DNA of 64,000 nt from Octopus sinensis (lineage: Eukaryota). Where the stretch lies: NCBI RefSeq assembly GCF_006345805.1, contig NC_043008.1:66898001-66962000 (forward strand), read 5' to 3'. The notes under the pieces were generated by a model. That model ran no database searches, had not been told where the DNA came from, and worked only from the letters and a program-made list of their open reading frames with translations. A program made the translations under genes and the position numbers. Below are positions 1-13,094 of this stretch, piece after piece. Within the stretch, counting starts at the first letter, position 1. Every line of letters begins with the position of its first letter.

Positions 1-539
1 TTACTCAAATATGGAAATATTTCCATGCAAGCTCGACCTCCCTCCTACCTTCCACTGCCATCTATGTATCCCAACCTATTACCCCTACCTCTCTCCATTC
101 CTACTATCTTCTCTCTCCTACCCCCCACCTCATACGCTTCATAACATCTCACTTGTTGATGATGTTGGTTAATGACCCATGTTCAACTGCTATACTCAGA
201 GTAACTGCCCTAAAGAACTGCTGGTGAAGGTGACTTTAATGGTGCAAGGAATGAAGCACTGTACATCAGAAATTAGTCATCACCAGCAGTCTCTCAAGAG
301 CCAAAGAGAAATAAAAGCAACTCTTGTCTTTTTCTTTGTCCAATGTGAAGGGTTGGCATCAGGGAATTCAATGCTGTAGGTCAGCCCTACAAAGTGCACT
401 CTCTTCTTCCAACCCGATAATGTAAACATCCTTCACTTCCTTCCTTAACCATCAGTGTTATTAGACCAGCAGAAAAATTATAATTGACTAGAGAACAAGT
501 AATCTATAATTTTATTATCTTACATGTCATTGGTAAAAA

Positions 540-1030
540 AAGTATGGAGCGCAAGTGTAATTTCAATAAAGAACAAAATAGGAATTTTTAACACTAACAT
601 AAAAGCAGTGTTTTTGTAAGGGGGCTGAGACATGGTGAACAACAGTTAAGTCAAATAAGCAAATACAATCATTCATCAACAGATGCTTGCGTAGCATACT
701 TAAAATCAGATGGCCCGAACACATAAGTAATATGGAGCTATGGAAAAGAACAAATCAAGTTTTGATTAGGGAGCAAATATTAAAGAAAAAGTGGAAGTGG
801 ATTGGTAGCACAATTTGAAAAGACACACCAAATGTAGTGAAAAGTGCTTTACAGTGGAATCTGGATGGATATAGAAAGAAAGGTAGGCCTAAGAATTTGT
901 GGTGTAGATCAACACAAAAGGAATTAGAGAAAGGGGGACATTCATGGCAGAGTATAAGTACAGAAGCGAAAAATTATGCGATATGGAATTCAACTATAAG
1001 TGGCCTATACTCCACTTATAGTTGGAGGGT
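540..1030 (+). mobile_element. RTE-clade LINE, 3' ORF fragment
   Basis: IFNTNIKAVFL*GAETW...[27 protein letters not shown]...KWKWIG...ALQWNLDGYRKKGRPKNLW is the typical RTE C-terminus. Confidence 0.85.
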
Positions 1031-1451
1031 TAAAGGCAGGAAAGAAAAAGAAAAACAAAACATATCACTATATAGAGGTGCATTATTGCCAAATAGTTAG
1101 GAAGTTCACTTCGCAACCACAAGTCTCAGGTTTGATTCTAGTGTGTGGCATCTTGTCATTTCTTTTTTCTGGTTTCAACTCAACCCAAACCTTTTGAATG
1201 AAGTTGGGTAGATGGAAACTATAGAGAAGCCCATTGGGTGGGTTGTATCTGTAATTCAAAAGGTACATTGTCATGCTGATTCTGCTTGACAATTACATTA
1301 AAGATATGTGTCTGTGGGATACTCAGCCATTATTTCTAGTGGGTGGAGGATACCTAGTTGGCTGGATCTAGATTTGGAAAGGTGTAAGTGAATTAATAGT
1401 TTGCCAAATATATGTACAAATAAAGTTAAGAATAATCTGGTTTTACTTTAA

Positions 1452-1668
1452 CCTTTTCGTTACTGTATTTATTTTGAGATGCTGTGTTTCTTTCAATTAC
1501 TTTAAATATAACAAAGGATTTAGTAAAATAACTAAGTTATCATGAAGCTAGTGTTAGGAACATAATTTGTGACCAAGGTTTGTGGAAGTTTTTATTTCAG
1601 AACTTATGAAAACAAGACATTCATAATCAGAGCCAGAGCCAGTTTCAGCCGGGTTGGTAACAAAAGAG
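1452..1668. mobile_element. piggyBac-type MITE, family 1, second copy
   Basis: TTAA-flanked and colinear with 28880-29099. Confidence 0.85.
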
Positions 1669-3059
1669 TTAAAAGAAAAGAATGGTTTGTGCATGAAAAA
1701 GAAATGAGAGTTCAAGTGATGACCATCTTGTTCCATACAGTGAGATTTTGCTGCAAATATCTGTGGATTTACCATTTCTAGAATTTATACGTATTTTTAT
1801 ATGTGGTCCACTAAGTTTTTGTATTTTAATTTAGATTAACAATGATGTATCTATTCATTCTTAATTCATTCTGGCTGATTTGAATATCTGGTCACTGTTG
1901 TTTTACATCATAGCAGAGAGCACTCACTTCTCTAAATGATGTATGTTCTGAACACTCATGACTTACTGATGTAAGGAAACTTTGAGATACTATGGTGTCT
2001 TGGCCTTATTGCGTGTCTTCTCAGTCAAAGCTACTTACTGGACTGATGGACTAACAAGAGGTCAGGCTTTTGTTTGCAGAAATCAAGAACCAAATTATTT
2101 GTTAATATGCGTTGATGTCTGCCAAACAGATCATAATCCATGGGGTGCAGAAAGCACAGCAAGGATCCAAACAATAATGTATTTATTAAATCTTAATACA
2201 TTCTAGCAGGTTTCTTCAGAGAACACTTACTCCCTCTTGACTAAATTGTTCAAATATTTTGTGATGCTCACCCCTATCACTAGATTTTACAACCCTAAAT
2301 AATTAGTTTGTCTCTCTCTCTCTCTAGTGCATTCAAATTTTACACTACTGGATTCCCATAGCAATTTGATGCTTTAAAAAAAACTTACTGTAATTTTATA
2401 ATTAAATATTATAAGTAATTGTATAAACAATTGTTAAAATATTTTGTGCGTTATAGAAGCATAACCAATTAATAGCACAATCTTTAACAACTAAACCTTT
2501 AAGGGCCACATGGAACCCCCCCCCCCCCCAAGGCCATATGCATCCCAGTTGAGAATCACTGCTCTAGCGCTTAATGCTGGCTCTCCCAATATATCATTTC
2601 TTCTAAAGACGACAAGGGTTTGAAATTTGGCTGCTATTTCTAGCTAGTCAAGTAATCCCACAAAAGCTCACTTGTGGCTTGTTGGGCACTCTTGTCATTG
2701 TTGCTGTTTTCCTCCAGATTAGCCCTTGCTGAGCAGACCTTTAAGCAAAGTGTTCCAGCAGTGATCATCCGATCATTTTAAATATCTTCTCCTTCCATCA
2801 CTTCCTTCATTTCGTTCATTATTGTCTTCCTTCTTTATCCACCACTACTCTCTACTTCTCCAGATACTTTTTCTTCCCTTTGTCTTTCTTCCTCTTCCTT
2901 TTCCTTTCTCTGTTAGCCTTTCTGCTTCACGTTTCAGCCTGTCTTTCTGGACATGTTTCTGTCTCTCAGCTCATTTGCATTAATCCTATCATGTGACAGC
3001 CACTATCATTGCTGGTGCCAACACCAACATAATCCCCACATACACATGCTCATATACCC

Positions 3060-3277
3060 AAACTTACACACACACACACACACATATATGTATACATATA
3101 TATGTTATGCATATGTTTTATACATCTATCTATATATATATATGTGTGTGTGTGTGTGTTAAATATATATATATATATGTTATATATATATACATATATG
3201 TTATATATAATATATATATGTTATATATATATACATATGTTATATATATATATATATGTTATATATATATACATATG

Positions 3278-3322
<45 letters not shown>

Positions 3323-3457
3323 ATATATATATACACATATATATGTTGTATATATAATATATATATATATATGTGTTATATATATACATATATATATGTT
3401 GTATATATATATATGTTATATATATACATATATATATATATATATGTGTTATATATC

Positions 3458-3492
<35 letters not shown>

Positions 3493-3616
3493 TGTTATAT
3501 ATTAATATATATATGTTATATATATACATATATATGTATATATATAATAATATATGTTATATATATACATATATATATGTTGTATATATATGTTATATAT
3601 ACATATATATATGTGT

Positions 3617-3648
<32 letters not shown>

Positions 3649-3720
3649 ACACAAACACATATATATATATTCACATATACATACACACACACAAACACAT
3701 ATATATACATACACATATGC
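3060..3720. repeat. Compound (TA)n/(CA)n microsatellite, representative of many in the window
   Basis: Seen directly. Similar tracts at 42060-42200, 54730-55130, 58260-58590, 59120-59636 and 60380-60790. (ATCT)n at 52435-52675. (AAT)n at 9045-9162, 11003-11065 and 28714-28820. Confidence 0.95.
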
Positions 3721-4354
3721 AGCCATGCATACAAAATACACATTCTGTTCCATCTTCACCGTTCCCTCCTACTAAAAGCTTGGAGACCTTTTGTCTCTAT
3801 ATCCAGATCCCTGTCGCTGCCATGCAACATCACACGCTCTAGTAATCCCCACAGCAACAGTCAGAGACTGCCATTCACTGAACACTGGCCATAAATCGGT
3901 CTTACCAAAGTCTTTAAGAAGATTAATAAAAAGACAGCCATTTTTTTTGATCAGTAAACGAAGATAATGGTGGACAAATGGTGATTATAATGTCACCATG
4001 TTGAGAGGAACATCGATGACATGTTGTATGGATGTATGTGTATGACATTGTGTGTGTGTGTGTGAGTGTGTATTCATGTATGACTGCGTAATTGCATTGG
4101 TGTATGTGAGAAGGTGAACATGTGTATGTGTGTGTGTGTGTGTTTGTTTATAGCTGTGTAATTGCACTGGTGTGTGTGTGTGTGTGTGTGTGATCATGTG
4201 TATGTGTGGGTGTGTTTGTGTATGGTTGTGTAATTGCACTGGTGTGTGTGCGTGTATGTGTATGAATTTGCGCTTGATGAGTGTGTTTCCATATCAGTCT
4301 ATCTAAAAACGTGTGTGTGTATATATATATATGTGTATGTATATGTATACATAC

Positions 4355-4416
<62 letters not shown>

Positions 4417-5050
4417 ATACAAGGGGTGTTCATTAAAGATTTCCCCTGACCCACTTCCCAAGGACTGAGATGGACGGAACTTGGCATAATTATTAGACCT
4501 TCTGTATATAACCACCACCAATGGTGATACACTTCTCCCATCGCCTTTTGCAGCCGTGAAGACCTCGTCTATAGAAGTCAGCAGGTTGTGTTTGGAGCTA
4601 AAACATTACCTTGGAAATAAGCTCATTATCCTCATCCGAAAAGTGCTTCCCCTTCAAAAAAGATTTCATGGTTGGAAAGAGGTAAAAGTGAGATGGTGTA
4701 AGGTCAGGAGAGTAAGGGAAGGATTTCATAGCCACAGGAGTGTGCTTTCATCTGAGCAACATGTGCATTGTGAACTGGGGTGTTGTCTTGAAGGAGGCAT
4801 GCCATGACTCTCTGCTTTGATGGTACAATTTCTGTAGTAGAGAAGCATAATATGCTCCATTAATCGTGGTGCCCTTTACCAGAAAATCCAGAAAATCATC
4901 ACTATTCCATGCTGGTCCCAAAAGTCTGTGAGCATCACCTCGCCTGCTGAGAGTTGGATACCAGCCTTCTTTGGAGGTGGTGAGTTATCATGCTTCTATT
5001 ACTTCGACTGGACTTTAATCTCAGGATCATAGTGATGGACTGTTTCATCC
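4417..5050 (-). mobile_element. Degraded mariner 3' half, related to the 57 kb element
   Basis: TIR tacaaggggtgttcattaaagatttcccctgaccc resembles the 57.99 kb terminus. The minus strand encodes PYSPDLTPSHFYLFP. Confidence 0.8.
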
Positions 5051-5633
5051 TGTGTAATAACTACTAGAATCTATGCCAGAAGTATGGAATACCAAACATA
5101 ACGAAAAGTGCAGGCGTGATTGTGTGGTAAGAAGCTTGCTTCCAAACCACATGGTTCTGGGTTCAGTCCCACTGTGAGGACACCTTAGACAAGTGTCTTA
5201 TACTGTTCAGGCTGACCAAAGCTTTGTAAGTGGATTTGGTAGACAGAAATGCAAAGAAGTGGCAAGCTGGCAGAAACAAGGTGGCAAGCTGGCAGAAACG
5301 TTAGCATGCTTAGCGGTATTTTGTCTGTCTTTATATTCTGAGTTCAAGTTCCACCGAGGTCGACTTAACCTTTCATCCTTTTGGGGTTGATTAAATAAGT
5401 ACCAGTTACACACTGGGGTTGATATAATCGACTTAATCTGTTTGTCTGTCCTTGTTTGTCCCCTCTGTGTGTAGCCCCTTGTGGTCAGTAAAGAAATAAG
5501 AAATGGAAAGAAGCCCATCATATATGTATATATATATTAATATTTTTATAAGCTTAAAGCTTATAAGCAATTACTGTGTATTGACTAAAGAAAATAGTCT
5601 AATATTGGGGTTTATCACGGAAAGAAGCGAGGT

Positions 5634-5702
5634 TGTATGTTGGTGTAATGGTAGCACACTTGTGAAAACACGGAGGTGTGGGTCTAAGACCCACATGTAC
5701 AG
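5634..5702 (+). pseudogene. tRNA-like cloverleaf inside a palindromic element
   Basis: Acceptor tgtatgt/atgtaca, D-arm gtgt-aatggta-gcac, T-arm gtggg-tctaaga-cccac. The anticodon arm is non-canonical. A T6 run follows at ~5712. Confidence 0.5.
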
Positions 5703-7072
5703 GACACCCACTTTTTTCTGTCAAGAGCTTATATGCCCCAATATTAGATTTTTTTCTTTAGTCATTGCATGGTGATCGCCTATAAGGTTTAAGCTTATAA
5801 AAAATTATTATTATTATTATATTATTATTATTATTATTATTTACAGAATTGTAAAATACTGCCTATCAAATCAGTCACATCATGTGTGTGTGTGTATGTG
5901 TGTGTGTGAGTGGTGTGTGTCTTTGTGTTTGTCCCCCACCTTGTTGACAACTGGTGTTGGTGTGTTTACATCCTTGTAACTCAGCAGTTCTGCAAAAATG
6001 ACTGACAGAATGGGTCCAAGGCTTATAAAAAAAGTGCTGGGGTCAATCTGTTTAACTAAAAGTCTTCAAGGTGGTGCCCCAGCATGGCCATAGTCAAATG
6101 ACTGAAACAACTAAAAAATAAAAAAAAAATACTGATAAAAAAAAAAGAAGATATGGTGTAGACACACTCTAGAAAAGGTCTCAGAGAATGTCAAAGCAAC
6201 CATAGTCTGTGTTATATCAAAAACTCAGACAGAGAGAGATTAAGTCTAATCGACCAAATATTGTTGTCAAGGACCATTAATGATGCAAAAATCTCCAATT
6301 CATGTATAAGTGCTAAAAGATGATACAGTATCTATGAAAGAAACAGAAATGATCCAAAAATAATGAACTGGGAATAGAGATAATCAAAATGGCAGGCATG
6401 GAAATAGAAACAGTTTTTTTTTTGTAATAATAATAATGATGACAACGACGATGATGATGATGATAATCATCCTTTCTACTATAGATACAAGGCCTGAAAT
6501 TTGGGGGAGGGAATTGGTTAATTATATTGATCCCAGTGTTCCACTGGTACTTATTTCATCAACCCTGAAATAATGAATGGTAAAGTTGACCTCAGTGGAA
6601 TTTGAACTCAGACCATAAGAACAGATAAAATGTTGCTTAAGCATTTTGCCCGGTGTGCTCATGGTTCTGCCAGCTTACCATCTTAATAGTAATAATAGAA
6701 TGATAAAAAAAAAATGTTATATATTAAGATGTAATAAAAATTTTAGGATTTAGAAATATTTAAATCCCAGGATTTAGAAATATTGGTTTCAAATTGGCAC
6801 AAGGCCAGCATGTTTGGGAAAGGGACTAAGTCAATTAAACCAACCCCAGTGTTCAACTGGTACTTATTTTATCAATCCTGAAAGGATGAAAAGGCAAAGT
6901 CGACTCCAGCAGCAATTGAACTCAGAATGTAAGAGGATTTAGAAATATTTACAACATAAAGAAGATAGCAAATCTCAGAACTGTATACATATTACATAGA
7001 AAATTAATGACACAAGAGAAAATAGAAAACCAAAATGAAACATTTCATATATCTATGGGGTACATATATCTA

Positions 7073-7300
7073 TGGCGAGCTGGCAGAAACGTTAGCACGC
7101 TGGGCGAAATGCTTTGCGGTATTTCGTCTGTCGTTAGGTTCTGAGTTCAAATTCCACTGAGGTTGACTTTGCCTTTCATCCTTTCGGGGTCGATAAATAA
7201 AGTACCAGTTTCGCACTGGGGTCGATGTAATCGGCTTAATCCGTTTGTCTGTCCTTGTTTGTCCCCTCTATGTTTAGCCCCTTGTAGGTAGTAAAGAAAT
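7073..7300 (+). mobile_element. SINE family B (head ggcgagctggcagaaacgttagc, core gtcgactttgcctttcatcctttcggggtcgataa, resembling the Meta-SINE domain)
   Basis: More than 15 copies, e.g. 5259-5503, 7745-7985, 14695-15090 (partial tandem), 21362-21580, 32940-33315, 51840-52165, 53555-53965 (partial tandem) and 56035-56222. Confidence 0.85.
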
Positions 7301-8296
7301 ATAAGGGGTACAAGATTTGAGTAGTTCCATATTTGATGGCACAAAGGATGCATGGGCATATTAGATTCACCTTAATTTCAATGGTGTGTATTCAAGAAAA
7401 TAAAAACAACTTTTTAGTGCATTACAACTTTGCAAACAAAACTCAGGGTAATTTATTGAGATATTTTTTGGTGGGGGAAAAAGTGCATCTTATATTGCCA
7501 TCAAATACGATGCTTTATTTTATCACCTCTGAAAGGATTAAAAGCAAAATTGGCTTCAGAGGGGATTGAGCTAAGAATTCAGAGACTAGAAACAAATAAC
7601 CAAATATCCAGTACATTAACAATTCTGCCAACCAAACACCACAGCAATTATAATGATGGTGGTGATGATGATGAAGAGGAGAAGGAGGAAGAAGATTTTT
7701 CTTATTTGCCACAAATAAAGTCCTCCTTCTCCACTTCTTATTTCTTATTTCTTGTTTCTTTACTGCCCACAAGGGGCTACACACAGAGGGGACAAACAAG
7801 GACAGACAAACGGATTGAGTCGATTATATCAACCCCAGTGTGTAACTGGTACTTATTTAATTGACCCTGAAAGGATGAAAGGCAAAATCGACCTTGGCAG
7901 AATTTGAACTCAGAATGTAAAGACAGATGAAATACCACTAAGCATTTCGCCTGGCGTGCTCACATTTCTGCCAGCTCGCTGCCTTCACTTCTCCTTCACT
8001 TCTCCTAAGTTACAAGTTCTTGATGTCACAAAGACAGGTTGCTTGTAGTGGGGAGGGCTTACATATAAACCGGATAAAGTAAAAAGAAAGAGTGATATAA
8101 TTAAAGCATAAACAATGACGACAACAACAACAATGATGATGATGATGATGTTGATGATAAAGCAGCTGCACTAGAGGAGGGAGACAAGAGCATGAACGTG
8201 AAAAACATTTAAATCTTGAATTAATATTCAGCAAAAAACAAAAGTAGAGTAATATCACAAGATTTCAATGGTGAGAAATATAATATATATATATAA

Positions 8297-8331
<35 letters not shown>

Positions 8332-9060
8332 ATATATATATATATTATATATATATATATGTATATATGTATATATAATATATATACAAGCATATATATA
8401 TACATACATACATGCATATATATATATATGTATGTATATTATTTCTTTTTGTTGCTGGAATTAATTTAGCTGTTGTGTTATGAAATTCAGGTGAGTTTCT
8501 TGTTGTTGCTGTTCTTGGTGTTGAAGATGGTGGTTGTGATAATGGTTGTATGTGGTGTGATGGTGTTGGCGATGATGGTGGTGGTGGTGGTGGTTGTGAA
8601 GGTGTTGATGGTGTTGGGGTTGAGGATTTTAATGCTGGTGGTGATGGCAGTAGTTTTGTCTCGGGAGTGATACTTATTTGGAGTTTAGTGCTGCCATTTG
8701 CTATTTCAACAGTTGTTGCTCTTGTTATTTTTGATTTAGAACATAAAATTCCACATCACACACACATAATGCTTACACACGCACACACACATTCAAAGAA
8801 AGATTTAATGGAACAGAATTTAAAAAAAATCAAACTAAATTATTTGTGTTTGTGAATAAAATAAGAAACTCAGGCAAAAAATGAAGAAGAATGATAAAGA
8901 ATAGTCCAAAGATTTGGAAAGAAAACAAGAAAATTCATGCGTAAAAGAGTCATGAGAAGGTAAATGAAATGTTGTTCTACTTGGATGGTTGCTGAAGAAA
9001 GATTTTACTCCAAGAGAAAAAAAATATACATGGACAAAATTATGAATAATAATAATAATA

Positions 9061-9164
<104 letters not shown>

Positions 9165-9768
9165 CATCATCCTTTTTACAACAGCCACAAGGCCTGAGAT
9201 TTGGCAGGGAAGGAGCTAGTTGATTAAATCTATCCCAGCATTTTGCTTGTACTTATTTCATTGACTCCGAAAGGAGGAAAGGCAAAATTGATCTTGGTAG
9301 AATTTGGAATCAGAACATAAACAGCTGGAAGAAATGCCATAAAGCATTTTGTCTGACTTGCTAATTTTCCTGCCAACTTACAGCCCCCCCCACTCCCAAT
9401 TTTTTTTTGGGTAGCATGTAGTTTGAAGGGAAGCTAGGCAACAGATGTACTTAGTCAGGGGAGAAGCAGAGAGGAAGAAGTTTACAAATGTCCTGCAATA
9501 TGGTGATCAGAGGCTTGTAGTGTTTAGAATTGCAAAACAGCGTATCAAAGAAAATCATGATGTGGTAGGAGAGAAGTACACTTGCATGGATGATGGCTCA
9601 CTTGTCAGTGCCACATAAAAGGCACCCAGTACATTCTGTGAAGTGGTTGGTATTAGAAAGGGCATCAAGCCATAGAAGTCATGCTAAAACAGACAATTAG
9701 AGCCTGTGCAGCTCTCTGGTTGGCCAGCTCCTATCAAAACCCAATCCAGCATGGAAAACAGACATTAA

Positions 9769-10196
9769 ACCTTTAACATTTAAACCGGTCATATCCAGTC
9801 AAAAGTATTCAGCCTGTTTTATGTTCAAACTGGCCAGATCTGGTCTCTCACATCAACCCTACAATGTCGTTTTAAAAATTAACAGCTACCTCAAAATCTC
9901 ATTGCTCCAAGATAATGCATGATTAGTTCAAAACAGTCATCATCATCATCATCATCATCATCATTTAGCGTCCGTTTTCCATGCTAGCATGGGTTGGACG
10001 GTTTAACTGGGGTCTGTGAAGCCGGAAGGCTGCATCAGGCCCAGTCAGATCTGGCAGTGTTTCTACGGCTGGATGCCCTTCCTAACGCCAACCACTCCGT
10101 GAGTGTAGTGGGTGCTTTTTACGTGCCACCCGCACAGGTGTGGATGATAAATCAATAATGCATTAATTTAGGCAGAATAATGTGAACACTAATGGG
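9769..10196. mobile_element. piggyBac-type MITE, family 2 copy, interrupted by a SINE at ~9938-10140
   Basis: Both halves match 37211-37431 and the ends are TTAA. Confidence 0.75.
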
Positions 10197-11002
10197 TTAA
10201 ATGAATAATGATAATAATAATCCTTTCTACTAAAAGCACAAGGCCTGAAACTTTGTGGAGGGGTAAGTCAATTTCATTGGCCCAGGGATTCACTGGTACT
10301 TAATCTATCGACACTGAAAAGATGAAAGGCGAAGTCGACCTCAGCGGAATTTGAACTCAGAACGTAAAGATGGATGAAATTCCACAAAGCATTTTGTCTG
10401 GCATGCTAATGATTCTGCCAGCTCGCTACCCTTTATCTTTTTATTCTTTTACTTGTTTCAATCATTTAACTGTGGCCATGCTGGAGCACTGTCTTTAGTT
10501 GAATAAATGCACCCCAGGACTTATTCTTTGTAAGCCTAGTACTTATTCTATCAGTTTCTTTTTGCCGAACTGCTAAGTTACAGGGATGTAAGCACATCAA
10601 CACTGGTTGTCAAGCAATGGTGGGGAGGACAAACACAGACACAAATACACACACACACACACACATATATATGATAGGCTTCTTTCAGTTTCCGTCTACC
10701 AAATCCACTCATAAGGCGTTGGTCAGCCCGAAGCTGTAGTAGATGACACTTGCTCAAGGTGCCACACAGTGGGACTGAACCTGGAACCATGTGGTTGGGA
10801 AGTAAGCTTCTTACCACACAGCCACACCTAATAATAATAATAATAATAATAATAATGATAATGGTTACAAATTTTGTCACAAGGGCAGCAATTTTGGGGG
10901 AGGGAATTAGTTGATTACATCAACCCCAGTGTTCAACTGGTACTTATTTTATCAACCCCAAAAGCATGAAAGGCAAAGTTAACCTTGGCAGAATTTGAAC
11001 TC

Positions 11003-11067
<65 letters not shown>

Positions 11068-11926
11068 GATAATGATGATTTCAAATTTTGGCACAAGGCC
11101 AATATAAAGGGCAAGGCCCAAAACCATGTATACACATACTGAATGATTATAAAGTCAGTGTTTATTAAAATACACTTCATTTCCAAAATTTGATAGAGTC
11201 TACAGACAGAAAATAACTCATCATGAACACCTCTTTCCAAACTGGTGAGCATTCTGGTTCAAGCAGAGCTGAGAATGTGAAGCAATGGAATCACAGACAT
11301 CACGAATCATTTCAGTTGATATTTATGTGCATTTTCATTCAATGGCAGTATGTGTGTTTACTTATATTCATATGTATAAATATGTGTGTGCATACATATC
11401 CTGATATATATATATATCATATGTATATGTAAATGGAGTTATTTAATTTCTGTGATTAATAAATCTGGCTATATACTGGTTCCGTCAAATCAGATTTGGC
11501 AAGAAATTGGCAGAACAGTGTCCAGTGATTTATATTTAGAATATGACCTAGCATTGCTTCCATTACAGATATGATCAAGGAATCACTCCAGACATCTCTT
11601 GTTGTTATCATCAACATTGTTAGCTTTTTTTTTTTTTTTGCTAGCCATTTTTACAACCACAGGAGTGTACAGGTGTAGTTATGTTGTTGACTACCTACTT
11701 TCACAATTGAAGTTACTTTTATAGAAATTTTTCACCAGTACAAAGCCAATCAAAAGGTAAACTGAAATGAATGAATACATGAAGGTATGCAAGTTAGAAG
11801 AGAAAAAAAAGAGAGGAGGGAGAGGAGGACAGAGAGAGGGAAAAGGAAAGTGAGAGGAGGTAAGGAGGAAAAGACAAGAATAAGGAGTTATGTCTATTCA
11901 TATATATATATATATATATATAATAC

Positions 11927-12165
11927 ACCAATCCGACCGTGGCCGTTGCCAGCCTCGCCTGGCACCTGTGCAGGTGGCACGTAAAAAGCACCCACTACAC
12001 TCACGGAGTGGTTGGCGTTAGGAAGGGCATCCAGCTGTAGAAACACTGCCAGATAAGACTGGAGCCTGGTGCAGCCTTCTGGCTTCCCAGATCCCGGTCG
12101 AACCGTCCAACCCATGCTAGCATGGAGAACGGACGTTAAACGACGATGATGATGATGATGATGAT
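11927..12165 (+). mobile_element. SINE/retroposon family C (core ggcgttaggaagggcatccagc, (GAT)n tail)
   Basis: Copies at about 9938-10140(-), 20355-20503(+), 29913-30170(-), 35490-35730(+), 39330-39500(-), 44545-44735(+) and 55200-55460(+). Confidence 0.8.
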
Positions 12166-12251
12166 ATATATATATATATTAATGATCAGGAGAACAGAGA
12201 TTTTTTCCACGTGTATAATTTTATTAAACAGCTATTTACAGCAGTCTTTCG

Positions 12252-12340
12252 TGGACCTACACATGTTTCAAATGCATCAACTCCACACTTAGATATGTAT
12301 CCTCCTGGTGCCATGTTCAGTACAATTTCTTCAGGATCCA
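12252..12340 (-). ncRNA. Type I hammerhead ribozyme motif
   Basis: Minus strand: tggatc-CTGAAGA-aattgta...tgcattt-GAAAC-atgt-GTA-ggtcca. Confidence 0.65.
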
Positions 12341-13046
12341 TTAGTTGCTACCATTAAAAGTGAAACTGAAGGAATCAGCAAGCTGAGTGAATAAAGTGTT
12401 TTTTTAGGAGGTATTGGTGTTACTAAAAATAGTTATAGTATCAATGACCCATGGTTCACTTCTGCTGAGTGTGGAAGATGAAGCAAGATACAGTCTTAAA
12501 AATAGTTGCACAGATTCATTAGTACTAGAATGTTCTTGTTTTTAGAGGTGTTCAATTAATTTTGATTTATTATTATTTTTTTCCACAATTGTTATTCTAG
12601 TAATTTATAATTTTCTAGCCATATTAGGTGTAATGCATTCAGCTAAATTTCTTAAAAGTACATTTATTTGCATGCAGACACCTTAAACTATGTTCTTGGC
12701 AAGTATTTAGAAGTAAAAATTTTGTACCAAATTTTTGCTTCTAAATTTAATCTGATAAAACACTAGGTAAGAACAGGGCTTAAGGTGGCTTCATACAAAT
12801 AAATGTACTTTTAAGAAATTTAAATGAATGAATTACACTTAATATGGCTAGAAAATTATAAATTACTAGAATGACAATTGTGGAAACAAAAAAATAATAA
12901 CTCACAATTATTACACCATTCTGCTTAAATAATGGAACTGCAAATACAACATCCTTACGTATCTCATGTCTGTTTTCATTCCTCCACTTCAATATGTATT
13001 TCATATCTTCTCTACAATAATTACTACTTAAACATTTTCTCACACC

Positions 13047-13094
13047 GTCTCTGATGAAGGGATACATAAAATATCCCAGAAACAGCTGTAAGAC
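13047..13094 (+). ncRNA. Type I hammerhead ribozyme motif
   Basis: gtct-CTGATGA-a[gggata/tatccc]a-GAAAC-agct-GTA-agac, with palindromic stem III ACAGCTGT. Confidence 0.75.
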
